From assembly GCF_009914755.1 (NCBI RefSeq), contig NC_060928.1: a DNA stretch of 64,000 nucleotides; one strand, given 5' to 3'. This stretch comes from the human T2T-CHM13v2.0 reference genome, Homo sapiens. Below the pieces are notes generated by a model. It searched no databases. It saw nothing but the letters and a program-made list of their open reading frames with translations, and was not told the DNA's origin. The translations under genes and the position numbers were made by a program. Positions 19,301 through 31,839 of the stretch are shown piece after piece. Numbering within the stretch: the stretch's first letter is position 1; each line of letters begins with the position of its first letter.

Positions 19301-20533
19301 TTAATGTACGATTATGTTATGTTTCAGTCTTCTCTGTTTTTTTCTTGGTTAGTCTAGAAAGTGGTGTTTTGATTTTGTTTATTGATTTAAAAAACAACTT
19401 TTAGATTCATTGATTTTTGTACTGTAACTTTAGCCTTTATTTCACTTAATTCTGCTTTGATCTCTGTTATTTCTTTCCTTCTACTAAATTTAGGTTTGGT
19501 TTGTTCTTAATTTGTTAGTCCCTTGTGGTGCATAATTTGGTTTGAAATCTATTTTTTTGATATGGGCATTTATTTCCATAAGCTTTCCTCTTAGTACTGC
19601 TTTTGCTGTATCCCGTAAGTTTTGCTATGCTGTCTTTACACTTTCATTTGTTGCAAGTATTTTTTAAAATGTTTTCTTAATTCTTTACTAACCCAATGGT
19701 TACCAAGATCATGTTGTTTAATTTCTATATATTTGTACAGTTTTCAATGTTTCTCTTGTTCTTGAGTTCTTGTTGTTTTTTTTTTTCTTTTGTATCATGC
19801 TGGTCTCAGAAGATATTTAATAAATTTTGGTTTTTATAAATTTGTTGAGTGTTTTTTGTTTGTTTGTTTTTGATTTTTGGTTTTGTTTTGTTTTTTTGCC
19901 TAACATATGCTCTGTTTTAAAGAATGCTCCATGTGCTCATGAGAAGAATGTGTATTTTGCAGCTGTGGGATGGAGTGTTCTGTAAATGCCAGTTAGGTCT
20001 AAATGAAATTTAAATGCAACTTTTTTGTGGATTTTTAGTCTATAGACGATCTGTATAATGCTGAGACTAGGATGTTGAAGTCTCCAACTGTTACTGTAAT
20101 GGAGTCTCTCTTTAGATCTAATCATGTTTACCTTATATCTCTGGATACTTTGGTTTGGGTGTATATATGTTTAGAATTGTTATATCTTCTTGTTGAATAG
20201 ATCCTTTTATCATTATTTAATGTGCTTCTTTTTTTTTGTACTGTTTTTGACTTAAAGTCGGTTTTATCTGACTTAAGTATAGCTACTTCTGCTCATTTTT
20301 GGCTTCTGTTTGTGTGGAAAATCCTTTTCCATCCAATCGCTTTCAGTCTATATGTCCCTTTACAGGTGAAGTGAAAATATTGTAAGCAATTTACAATTAG
20401 GTAATGCTTTTTATCCATTCAGCATGTCTATATCTTTCAAGTAGGTAATTAAAGCTATAGATATCCAAGGTTATTATTATATACATATTTGTGCACTACT
20501 CCTGGGGGCCCTGAGGACAAGCCAGCCCAACCT

Positions 20534-20607
<74 letters not shown>

Positions 20608-23001
20608 CATATGAATATATACTGACTGGGTTATTCCCAAACACATCTTCAAGTTCTATAATTTTTTATTCTGTTCGAAGCTCTTGATTACATTTTTGTT
20701 TTATGTATTATAATTTTTAAATCCAGAATTTCTGTTTTTTTATTATCTCTGTTGAATTCTTATTCAGATCATAAATCATTTTTCTTATTTTTTTGTATTA
20801 TTTTTCTGTGTTCTCTTATCTCACTAAGCTTTTTTAATATCATTTTTGGTTGTTTTTCAGGCATTTCATGGATTTTTTTTGGTTGAAATCTGTTGCTGGA
20901 GAATTATTGTGTTACCTTAAAAGCATCATGTTTTCTTGCTTTTTCATTTCTTGTGTCCTTGTGTTTGTATCTGCACATGAGTTGTAACAATCACTTCTTC
21001 CAATTCTTTTTGATTTACTTTCCTAGGGGAAGACATTTTTTTCTGTAGATGTATCTACAGTGTTGTTTGGGTAGGGCACTTTAGACTTGATTCTGTGTGT
21101 GTGCAGTATAGTTTTTGTATGATTACTTTGGTTGTAATCAGCATCAGTGGTGTCTGTTAGTTCCACGGTTGCCTATCCTGCACTTGTTAGTGAAAGCTGT
21201 AGTGAGGCTCTGCTGGGGATAGAGGTGTCAGAAAAAACTAGTTTTTGGTCCCCAGTAGTTGTCACTGTGAGCTAGGCAAGCCTTTCTGTTATTGGGTTCG
21301 TTGGAGGCATAAGTGGGCACTGATAGCAGACTTAGGCAGGTTGATTCTTAAGCTTCCAGGCTGCTTGCTTAAGAATCCAGCAGCCTGGAACTGGGATTGT
21401 GGGCAGCAGGTTTTGTATCAGCAATACAGGTGATACTAACAATATAGATGATACAGGAAATACAAGATACTATCAAAGGCAGGCCAACCCTCAGCTCTCA
21501 GGTGGCACACTTTGGTTTTGGCAGTGGTGGTGGCAGCAGATTGGGCTGGCTTGTCCTCAGGGTCCCCAGGAGTAGTGCACAGACACCAGTGATGGTGGGT
21601 GGTGTGGAGGGACTCTGGCCACTATATGACATGCTTGGGCACCAGTGGCTGACAATCTGAGCCTTTTTTAAGGCTCTTTAATGGTGCATGTGTGCACCAG
21701 AAGCAGCAGGCAAGGAAAATTGATCCTCAGGTCCCCGGACCGAGTTCTTGCATATAGGGAGTTGGCACCAGGTGGGGTGGGCCTGTCCTCAGGACCCCAG
21801 TAGTGTGCACAAGCACAGGATGTGATTGGCAGAAAAGGATGATCTCCAGGTTCCCGAATGGCATGCTTGAGTGCCAACAGCAGGGAAGCTGCGCCATTTG
21901 TCAGGCCTTCTAATATTGCACACGTGCACCTGGGACAATAGGTGGGGTGAGTCAGCCCTCAGTCTCCCTAATGGTGCCCATGGGCATAGGCTGTGGCAGG
22001 CCAGGTGGAGCAATCCCTAGGCCCCAGCTGGTGTTCTTGTGTTCCCGTGGCAAGCAGGCTGGGTCTTTTGTCAGAACTCTTGATATTTCACACACATATC
22101 TGAGTCTAAAGGTGGGGTGGGTCATCCTCAGGCCCTTGGGTGGCATGCTCGGGTGGTGGTAGCAGTGAACAGGGCAAGCCTGTCCTCAGGCCCCAGAATG
22201 ACATTTCACGGGGCCTATCTCCAGGCCCACTGAAGGTTCATGGCGGAGCATGGCCACCCTGCTGCAGGGATGGGGTCAAGGTTGCTGAGTGGCAGCAGCC
22301 CTAGTCGGGCAGCTTGCAGGCTCTGGAAAGCATGTGCTCCAGCTCCTTTTGTCGTAGCTGCAGCCTCCCTGGTGTGCTGCACCCATCATTCCCCAGGGTG
22401 CAGAACATTGTGTGAGATAGAATTCTCAGGACCCTACATACACTGGAAGTGCCAGCTGGTGTTCTGTCTCTGTAGCCCTCCAGGTGGGCATGCGAAAATG
22501 TCAGTTGGGTTCCAGGAATGTGGAAATGCAGGATACAGTCTGGTGGAGGGTGGGCTCTCATAATGTCTCCATTCAGCAGCTGCTTGGGTCTCAAGAGGTG
22601 TGTAGGACCCAGCATGAACTCCTTCTCTGGAACTGTGTAGTTACTCAGACTCCAGACAGCTGCCTATCCTAGTCTCAGGGCCTGCAATAACCAAGGGGCT
22701 CTCTTATGGCTAGGATTGTGGGAGTTTTCAGTGAAAATGTGGAACTCTAGGAGTTGCTCAGTTACCTTTTCCCTACACTGGGGAGCCACTACAGGCTCCC
22801 AGCTAATGTCAGTTGGTTCAGCTGCCTTGCATCCCTTTCTTCCTGTGTCTCCATGTTCCCTGTCATTTCCCTGCAGAATTCCAGTGTTCTCTCTTAAATG
22901 CTGTATTCAATGTGTGGTTACCTACTCACTGTCCTTCTATGCAGGAGATGAGTGCTAAGTGTCTGTAGCCAGCCATTTAAAGCCTCTCCTCACCATTTCT
23001 A
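16306..23001 (-). mobile_element. Near full-length old LINE-1 (L1MA4/5-like 3' end, L1M2/3-type 5'UTR) with an internal deletion around 20480-20640
   Basis: Minus-strand ORF2 remnants ([33 protein letters not shown]). 5' end 'agccagccatttaaagcctctcctc' is the reverse of the L1 'aagatggc' start. TSD tgaagctttg / tgaggctttg. Confidence 0.9.
20536..20604. repeat. Compound (TC)n(TA)n microsatellite
   Basis: Directly visible. Confidence 0.95.
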
Positions 23002-25652
23002 TGAGGCTTTGAAGTCAGTCATTGACTTCTTCTCTGTAGCTATGAGAGTCCAACAGGTCTGTTTCATCTAATTGATAATCTGTTGTTTAGTGTAGCCACC
23101 TTTTCTCACCCTAGATATAATTAAAGAGTTAGGGTCTTGCTCTGGATTAGGCTTTGGCTTCATACAATGTTGCAGCTGGTTTGATCTTCTATCCAGATCA
23201 CTAAAACTTTCTCCATATCAGCGATAAGGCTTCTGCACTTTCGGGTCATTTACATGTTCACTGGAGTAGCAGTTTTAATTTCCTTCAAGAACTTTTTCTT
23301 AGCATTCACAACTTGGCTGTTTGGTGAAAGTAGCCTAGCTTGTGGCCTATCTCAGCTTTGGATATGCCTTCCTTACTAAGCTTCATTGTTTCTAGCTTTT
23401 GATTTTAAGTGAGAGACATGTGACTCTTCCTTTTACTTGAACACTTGGAGATCACTGCAGTGTTACTAATTGTCATAATTTCAATATTTTTGTATGTCAA
23501 GAGATAGCTAGGGAGGCTTGAGGAGAAGCTGGTCAGTAGAGCAGTCAGAACACGCTTGATATTTATTAATTAACTTCGCTGCCTTCTATGGGTGTGGTTT
23601 GTGGTACCCTCCAAGATTATAACAGTAACAGCAAAGATCACTGATCACAGATCATCATAACAGATATAATAATAATTAAAATGTTTGAAATATTATGAGA
23701 ATTAGCAAAATGTGGCGCAGAAACATGAAGTGAGCACATGCTGTTGGAAAAAATGGAGCCAATAGAACTATTCTACACTGTGTTGCCACAAAACTTCAAT
23801 TTGTAAACAATGCAGTATCTTCAGAATACAATAAAATGAAATCCAATAAAATGAAGTATATCTGTATATGGAAAGAATAAAAAGAACCCTAACAAATACA
23901 GGGCTCTAATAACTTTGAGTCTATGCTATTAGTCTAAATTTCCAGAAATCTAATTTAAAACAAAACTGGGGTCAAAAAACTGCTAACCTAACATTAAGCA
24001 AAATAAGAATTAATTGTATGGGATTGAACTGACAAAAAATTATAATTTTTAATGTGCTTTTGTTTAAAACATTGCTCATTATTTTTTAATTTTCCAGATT
24101 TAAGTTAACTTTGTTTTAACCTATATATAATTTGCAGCAATTTGGTAATGCATACTATTGTAAACAGAATTGAAATATTTACCTTCCTGTCTACCTAATC
24201 TCTCTAGAATTTAGAATTTATTCGTGAGTATTCTTATTTTACGGCAATATAATTATTTGCAAAATTTCAATAAGAATGTCTTTGTTAACAGCACACAATT
24301 GGAAATCTGGTTCTTTCACCAAGGTTTTGAAAATAATGTCATATTTTCTGATCTGACCAGATAGCTTTCAGGAACCGAAGTGAATCATAAAGCCAGTAAA
24401 AGTCCCTCAGAAAAACTGGCCTCATATACCTTGTCTACACCCTTCCCTTGTAGGTTTACTGGCTTTATGATAAGTAAAGAATGTAACTTTCTGACAGGCC
24501 CAGGAATTTCAAAATATTTTGAGAACTTTGAGAAAAGAGAAATTTACCAATTTGTAGAAGTATTACAGATGCAGTCAGATGGTAAGGCTTTCTCTTGGCT
24601 CCTAGCCTTCACAGGCCTTTTAAAAATCTAACCTGAAGTCACTTACAAAAAATTCCAGCAAAGCCAGCTTTTTAAAAGCGTATATTATCAATCACTGTTC
24701 TTGTTACACTTTATGCAAATAATCTTGTCAAGTGAATGAGACTAAACTTATGTTTCAAACGAATTAGTCTGACTAAATATCTTTGGTAGAAATGGGAGTG
24801 AATGTTGAGAGAAAAATTGTGTTTAAAAAAGGCAAGTATAGTACATCTGTTATTAGATTCTAGCTCATTATTTTGAGGATTTTATTCTTTATCTACAGTC
24901 TGGACTAGATACTGAATTCTTTTAGTTTTTTTTTCAATATTAAGCTTTGAATCTCCAAACTAATATTTTTCAAATTTCCTCCCATCCTTCTGATTTTTTT
25001 CAATTTTCACTAAAATTGAAACTGCTTTTCCTGAGGCTTTGAATGCTGAAGCTAGTCAACTTGATAAATATAATTCAGAGAAATTACCCTGATGGCTTGC
25101 AGATGGACAAGCTTTATAACATTGAAACTGCAAACCAGGAAATTCTGTCAGTTTGCCACTGCCTGCTCTGCTCCAGCTGAAAATACTTTAGCTCAGGTTC
25201 AGAAATCTTCTCAGTGAGCTGCTATTCAGACTCAGAAAGTAGCTTGGAGAATACTCCAGACGTTAGGCTTTGCGAGTTTTTGTTTGTTTACATAGAAAAG
25301 TCTCTTTTAAATTTCCTTATTCTTACACTGCAAAGAGACCTAACCTTGATGGGTCCCATCTGCAATGCTCCTCCTGAAAAGAGACAGAGCTGTTTAACTG
25401 AACTGACCTATTTGGAGGACGAATAGACTGATTGAAAAAGGTATGTGGTAATGTATTCAAATTTGAGATGTTGTTTCCCTGCTTTTTCCTATATATGCTT
25501 TCTCCTCTCTTGTCTCAAAACTTTTAACCCAAATCTCTACATAGCTACCAATTCTTCTCTATTACGTGAAACTTTCTGAAAATTAAATTTCAAATGGGGA
25601 ACCGAAGGAAACCAGCACATTTTACTTGAAAATATACTTCTGTATATATTTC

Positions 25653-26371
25653 TGTATAAATCCAAAGATTTATTTTCCTATTTCCTTTCCTAAACCAGAA
25701 GGGAAAGTCAAGCTGGGCACTGCATCAGGCAAACCTGCCTCCTATTTTATTCTTATATAAGTTAGCTACAAATTAAAAACAACTACACATCTCCCTCACG
25801 ATTTGTCCACAGGAATTTCCTTGTGGGCCTCAAGATCTTTACCCTCAAACACTTCTGTTGAATTTTACCCAAGCCATGTAAATTACTAGCTTATTTCACA
25901 GGTGCCAGACAAAGGACAGTCAGAATTCAGTCATTCCTCTGCTCACCTGAGACAAATGCATATCTGATTACTACCTCTGTCCTATCATTTACGTAAAAAT
26001 GCATATTCAGTGAGTCAGACTAAAGGCATACGTGACTATCCCTCTACCCTCCTCTCTCATGTAAGTTGTGTATTCAGTGAAAGAATGATCAAAGTCCCAA
26101 AAGAATGCAACCTTTTGTCTCTTATCTACCTATAACCTGGAAGACTTACTTTGAGTTGTCCCACTTTGCTGGAATAAACCAAAGTACATCTTATACATAT
26201 TGACTGATGTCTCACGTCTCCCTAAAATGTGTGACAGCAAGCTGTGATCCGACTACCTTGGACACATGTCTTCAGGGCCTCCTGAGGCTGTGTCACAGGC
26301 ACGTCCTTAACCTTGGGAAAATAAACTTTCTAAATTAATCGAGACCTGTCTCAGATACTTTTGAGTTCACA
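25653..26371 (+). mobile_element. MER4A-like ERV1 solo LTR inserted in the host provirus 3' LTR
   Basis: 'ctctgctcacctgagacaaatgcatatctgatt...cctcctgaggctgtgtcacag...aataaactttctaaatt..gagacctgtctcagatacttttgagttcaca'; TG...CA termini. Confidence 0.85.
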
Positions 26372-26498
26372 CGTGTTTGACATATTTTGCTATGACTATT
26401 TAGAGGGGCTACAATCCACAGAAATAGCTCTGAAAAATTGTTCTCTTGTGGGGGAGATTTCTGACTGCAGAGAAAATCTACAGTAGTGAGGTAAACAG

Positions 26499-26886
26499 TG
26501 GTTACTGAGAAGAGCATAAATCACCCAGTGACCACTGAACAGGCCTCAGAGACGAAAACTCCTTATCTGAGGAATTTAGAAGGGAGCAAAGACCACCTGG
26601 TGACCCTCAAACACGCAAAACTGGGGAATGTAGAAGTAATTAAACTTCGCTAGTATTTAAAGTCAGTATCTGCTTCCAGACCTCTTTTAAACTTAAAATG
26701 TATAAGTAACTAGAATTTCTATACATCTCTGGAATGCCATGCCAAAACTCACTGTACAACACTTGCTTACGTTAAGGCACCAAAATTACTACAAATGTGA
26801 TTATTTGTCATGACCTATGTGGCTAGTATGGTCCAAATTACCCTTAAGCTCCTGGCTTAAGGTCCATAAATACTCCTAAGGAAAAA
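26499..26886 (+). mobile_element. ERV1-class LTR fragment, family uncertain (LTR24-like?)
   Basis: Internally duplicated 'cacc..gtgacc...aaaact...gaatttagaag' units and TATA-like 'ccataaata'; truncated at the 3' side. Confidence 0.55.
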
Positions 26887-28469
26887 TAGAAATGACATAA
26901 CTTATCATTCTAATGTTTCCATTGCTATCTGTTTTTACTCACCATATCATAGCTCAAGATTAACGTCCATAAACCATACCCCTACAAAATAAATTCATTG
27001 TGCCTTATTGGCTCTATTTTCTCAAACTTTAATCAATTACATAAACTTTCGTTGCCTGAAATTCTAGAATAACCAAATTTGTATCTACCACTCAAATATT
27101 TCCATGATTTATGATCAATATTTAGTTTTGTGTTTTTAAGGATTTTATATTTCCAATTTGTATTGCCTGGCATCATATACTAATATGAAGATATAAACGT
27201 ACATCTATCATTCAACTCTTCTTAGTTTCTTAAGGTGGTTATTATGCCTTAAGATCTTTTTTTTTATCATGAAATATACCAAACGAAGTACCTTCTTTAT
27301 AACACAGGTTTAATAAACATATTGAAAAAAAAGGTGTTAATTAATGAGAGGATTAAGCACTCAATTCTAACAAAAATGAATACACATTACAAGTCTTTAA
27401 ACCAGTTTGAATTAAGGGTTTTTTTTGTTTTGTTTCTTAGTTTTTAGAAAAGTAGAATTAAGGAATCCAGGATCCAAATGAGATCTCTATGTCTTCCAAA
27501 CCTGCTTTAAAAATTTTTCTCCCTTGTTTTAAGTGTTAGAGAGATGCAAAAGATAGTATTCGGGATTATATAATTTTGTTTATGACTTTAGTTATTGAAC
27601 AGAAAATAGTTTAATCAATTAACACAAATACTTAGAAAACATTTTTCTACATATATAGAAAAGTAAAGAGATAAAGAGTTTAAAAATAAAAGTAAAGAGA
27701 AAAAAACAGAAAATAGGTCAGAATTGGGATAAGAATTCTAAGAAATTGGGAACGTTAAAGAAAAAAGAGAATTAATCACCAGAAAAAGAATGCTAGCGAT
27801 TAATTCAATAGAATTATGTTCAAAACACTTCATGCGATGGTAATGTCGTAATATCCTACTTTTACTCATACATGGTTGCTCAAATTTTATAAACAATGAT
27901 GCCTGAGGACCCTGTTCTTCATTAACCTGTCTAACCTTGATATGTAGAAACAGTTTAATGTTTTTTCAAATGCCATTAGTAAGCAGAAGTAATTTCAATT
28001 CATAAAACTAGGGCAGGAAGCAATTGACCCAATCAGACTGTTGCATTCCCCAATGCCATTTTTTAATTAGAAGTTTGTAACATTTTTTTTCTAGTTCTGA
28101 ATTTCAAAGATCTCTTAGATTTAAAAAGTCTGGTTATCTTACAAAACTAAAATTCTGTGAGCCCCACATCATGTGACAACTCTGAAAATGCAGCTCTACT
28201 GCTTAAACTAGATTATTTGATTGAACCAAAATGGCATCACATTTTGCCCCAGATGATTTTCATGGATGACTCTTGGCAGACAAATTTTTACAATGCCACA
28301 TTTATATGTTTGTTTTCTTTTTGACTGTTATTTTTTGGATTCAGGGTATATGATTATATTCTGAAAATATTAGTATATATCTACCAAGAAACAAAATAAA
28401 TTACACTTTAAATATTAGTCATGTTACTTTATTGGAAACCAGAAGTCTCAAGGACATAAATGTCTGAAT

Positions 28470-28605
28470 AAAGAGAAGGAGAAAGAGGAAAGGAGGGAGG
28501 GAAAGGAGAGAGAGAGGGAGAATTTTCTGTAAGCCTGGAGATGTCATTGGAATATGTGGGAAACAAAATGGAAGGAAGGAAAGAAATGGGAGAAAAGGGA
28601 AAGTA
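28470..28605. repeat. GA-rich polypurine low-complexity tract
   Basis: 'agagaaggagaaagaggaaaggagggagggaaaggagagagagaggg'. Confidence 0.75.
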
Positions 28606-29265
28606 ATATAAAGGGTACTTCAACGGTTTTCTTCATTTTGGCCTTGGGAAACCTAAGACAAAGTTAAATTAGAGAATAAAAATAGTAATATAAGTGACAT
28701 AATTTTTCCACCTTATTTTCCATGTTGTGGCCCTGACTGCTATTGTCTATATTTCAAACTAATAATAATAATAATAATACCAAATGAAAATCTTTGAGAA
28801 ATATGTCTTTCTTTCTCCAGTGCAGTGAAAATAAATTAAACCAAATGTCTCAACTAAGGGAAGCTCATAGTAATCTCCAGTGAAAGGGTAAATATTCTTC
28901 AGAAAACATATTAGTAAGATAACTTTTCAGTCAGCAATAGTTCTAGAAGTATTGATACAAAAACTCTGGATACCATGGAGGTTTAGTGGATGATCCTAAC
29001 CAATTTAAAGTCAGCTAATGTTTTGTCCTGAGCAGAAGAACCAACCAACTTAAAATATGACATTTATTCTTGTTTTCTTCCTGGCCAGAATCTGATGTCA
29101 CCAAGTTTTGATATATTTATCTTCATTCAACACATATTTGGATATTTACTATTTGATGCATACTATTCTAGGAACTCATGAATTACTGGTAAATCAAAGC
29201 CTAGTACCTATCAGCACTTTATAAAAATCCTTCTTCTCTTCTGCAAACAAATAAATAGTAGATGC

Positions 29266-29611
29266 CAGGTGTCAGTAAATTATAATACATAGGCCAAATC
29301 TAGCACGCTGACTGTTTCTGTGCAGCCAACAAATAAGAATGGTTTCTATATTTTTAATGCTTGGAATGAATGAAAAGAATAATAATTATGTGACTAATGA
29401 AAATAATATTGTGTGACAGATGAAATTCTAAGTTTACATTTCATAAGAAAGTTTTATTAGAACACAGACAAACTCATACATTTATATTTTGTCTACATTG
29501 TCAGCTACAGAGGCAGAGTTAAGTCACTGGGACAGAGATCATATGGCCCAGCCCACAAAGCCTAAAATATGTACTTCCTGGCACTTTATGAAAAAAAATT
29601 TGCTGACTCTG
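29266..29611. mobile_element. MER58B (hAT-Charlie MITE)
   Basis: 'caggtgtcagtaaa...ggccaaatctagc...cccacaaagcctaaaatat...tttgctgactctg'. Confidence 0.88.
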
Positions 29612-29639
29612 GGGACAGACCCTTAATATATTGGTCTTC

Positions 29640-29860
29640 AGTATTAAATACCCTTATTACTGACTTCCCTGCCTCTTCTCACTTTTCTCCTCAAATCCAT
29701 CTTCTGCAGAAGTGGAAGAGCGATCCATCTAAAATGAAAATCTAGCCTTGTTCCTCCCTTAATTAAAAGCCTTCATTGGCTCTCTACAAACTAGAGGGAA
29801 ATCCAAGCTCTGTAAACCATTCATGACTCCATTGATCTTTGCTTGCTCACACACTTCCTT
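29640..29860 (+). mobile_element. L2 fragment
   Basis: 'cttccctgcctc...tccatcttc...tctaaaatgaaaatctag...aaaagccttcattggctc'. Confidence 0.6.
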
Positions 29861-30477
29861 TACCACACCATAAGCAGTGAGACATTCCTATTAGGGAAAA
29901 AGAACAGTCATAGTTGTTCTCTAGAATTAACTATCTTAAAGCAAAAAAAAAAAAAAAAAAAAGAAAAGAAAGAGAGAAAGTGACAACTTATAAAATTAGG
30001 GGCCACAGCTGAGAGAGGACCCCTGATGTTGTAGGAATGATCTCCATGCTTTTTTTGCATAGTGTAGTAGAGTGTAGCTGAGCTAGATACTTTACTGATA
30101 CCATTAATTAGAAGTGGGAATAATACTGTCAGTCATGGGCATCGACAACATCCAACAACAAATGGAAATACTTTATTTACCGGAACTACACTCATCCAAG
30201 AACTATGCTAAGTATTGGAAATCAAATTGCAGGGCATATATAAGCAAACAAGTATATCATTAGCCTAACAGAAGTCTACTGATGATATAAACTCAGAGAT
30301 CCATAGAAATGTAGAGAAGGGACCCCTAGTCAATATGTAAAATGCCAAGGAAGACTTCCTGTAAGAACAGACCACAGAAGAAATTAATAGGAGTTAGCCA
30401 GTAAAAATAGGACTCCAAGCTGAAGATACAGGATTTGTGAAGGCTTGGTAGCAGAAAGAAATGTAGTATAGAAAAGT

Positions 30478-31292
30478 CTAAAACTTCTCTCTGAAGGATT
30501 AAATCTAAGATTGTTACGAGGAATTGACAATAGACAGAATAACAGGAAAAAAATGGGTCCAAATTGATGAACATGCATATAGGTATGGGAGCCTCGCAGC
30601 TGTAAGACTCAAAGGATGAGCCAGATCATTGAAGTTTATAGAATATAAAATAACAGAGGTTTGGAGGTTTTTGGGAAGTAGTGTCACAAGCTATAGAAGG
30701 GTTGTGTATAAGAAGCATGGTGTATTTAATTTGTTCTCACACTGCTAATAAAGACATACCCAAGATTGGGTAATTTATAAAGAAAAAAGGTTTAATTGAC
30801 ACAGTTCAGCATGGTTGCAGAGGCCTCAGGAAACATATAATCATGGCAGAAGGGAAAGCTAGCACATCCCTTCTTCAGATGGCAGCAGGAAGGAGAAGTG
30901 TCGAGCAAAAGGGGAAAAGCCCCTTCTAAAACCATCAGATCTCATGAGAACTCACTCATGATCACAAGAACAGCACGTATTATATTTTTACTTTCTTTTA
31001 TCTTTGAGGTACTCTTTTCTAGATCTGGATAAGGAAGATAAAACTTGCCACGTGGGAATTACAATTCAAGATGTGATTTGGGTGGGGACACAGCCAAAAT
31101 CATGTCACAAGGCAAGCAAAGACTGTATTGTTAGGTTGATGAAACCTCAGAGGTAGTAGCTCTCAGAAAGAACAGATGGCAGCTGTGGTAAAACTTTCTC
31201 TGTCAAATACTTAAAAATGTTGTATTTTTACTTTCTTTTGTCTTTGAGGTACTATTTTCTAGATCAGGATAAGGAAGATAAAAGAGGCCTCA
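30478..31292 (-). mobile_element. ERV1 LTR (MER31/MER67-like) hosting a THE1 insertion
   Basis: 'aacttctctctgaagg...tgacaatagacagaataacaggaaaaaa...aagactcaaagga...gatgaaacctcagaggtag..ctctcagaaagaacagatgg'. Confidence 0.55.
30721..31107 (-). mobile_element. THE1C-like solo LTR with an internal segment replaced (see findings)
   Basis: 'tgtattt...cacactgctaataaagacatacc...gggacacagccaaaatcatgtca'; TSD catgg / caagg. Confidence 0.92.
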
Positions 31293-31308
31293 AAAAAAAA
31301 AAAAAAAG

Positions 31309-31470
31309 TGTCAGAGCCCCAGCATCAGCATCATTGGAAGTGGTTGACTCGTGGGTTGTTATTTACCAACAACAATATAGATTAGAAAAAGGAAAGTTTA
31401 TTAGAAGAAATGCTGTAATAGGGTGCAGCAGGGCACTTCAAGTGAGAGAGGACTTAATGTGCTGCAGTGG
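31309..31470 (-). mobile_element. ERV LTR terminal fragment, family uncertain
   Basis: Starts 'tgtcagagcccc' and has a reverse poly(A) signal in 'aagtttattagaag'. Confidence 0.45.
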
Positions 31471-31488
31471 ATTAAGTTATGTCAGTTG

Positions 31489-31535
31489 TATTAGCTTGGT
31501 ACAAAAGTAATTGCAGGTTTTGCCATTACTTTAAT
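31489..31535. mobile_element. MADE1 (Hsmar1-derived MITE) half element
   Basis: 'tattagcttggtacaaaagtaattgcaggttttgccattactttaat' is one MADE1 arm plus spacer. Confidence 0.8.
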
Positions 31536-31599
31536 ATTTTCCCTCTACTGCCACCCAAACATAGTGATGATAGTGGTAAGTATAACATCAACACAACAG

Positions 31600-31790
31600 C
31601 AACAATAAACATTGTTGGTGCTTCCTATATGCCAAGCCTGCCAATAAACTATATACAAACCTATAAGTTAAATACTAAAATTGATCCTATTTTATCCACG
31701 AATAATTTGAAGCACAAAGATATTAACTGGTTGGCTCTAAATAACAGAGCTTCAAGCAGGTAAAGCCAGGATTTCAACTATCATGCTTCA
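31600..31790 (-). mobile_element. MIR fragment
   Basis: 'gtgcttcctatatgccaag...cctattttat...aaagccaggatttcaact'. Confidence 0.55.
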
Positions 31791-31839
31791 ATCTCTTTGG
31801 TATCTGCAAGAAGATGAAGATAATTAAACAGTGAAATAC

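Larger units (their letters stand above)
14975..23864 (-). mobile_element. Tigger1 (pogo/TcMar) DNA transposon, near full length, split by an L1 (own sequence 14975-16305 and 23002-23864); transposase pseudogene
   Basis: Minus-strand peptide FKILLLLD..LMERYKDMNDVFMPANTTS matches the Tigger1 DDE transposase. Degenerate TIRs with TA at both ends ('...aataaaatgaagtatatctg|ta'). Confidence 0.92.

Noticed and set aside
21245-22958. ORF-dense GC-rich block as a gene or CpG island, and its periodic motif as a CRISPR-like array
   Set aside because: It is the L1 5'UTR. CpGs are depleted, whole units are degenerate homologues rather than repeats with unique spacers, and the context is eukaryotic with no cas genes.
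28470-28520. Polypurine mirror repeat (H-DNA potential)
   Set aside because: Short, imperfect and very common in primate DNA.
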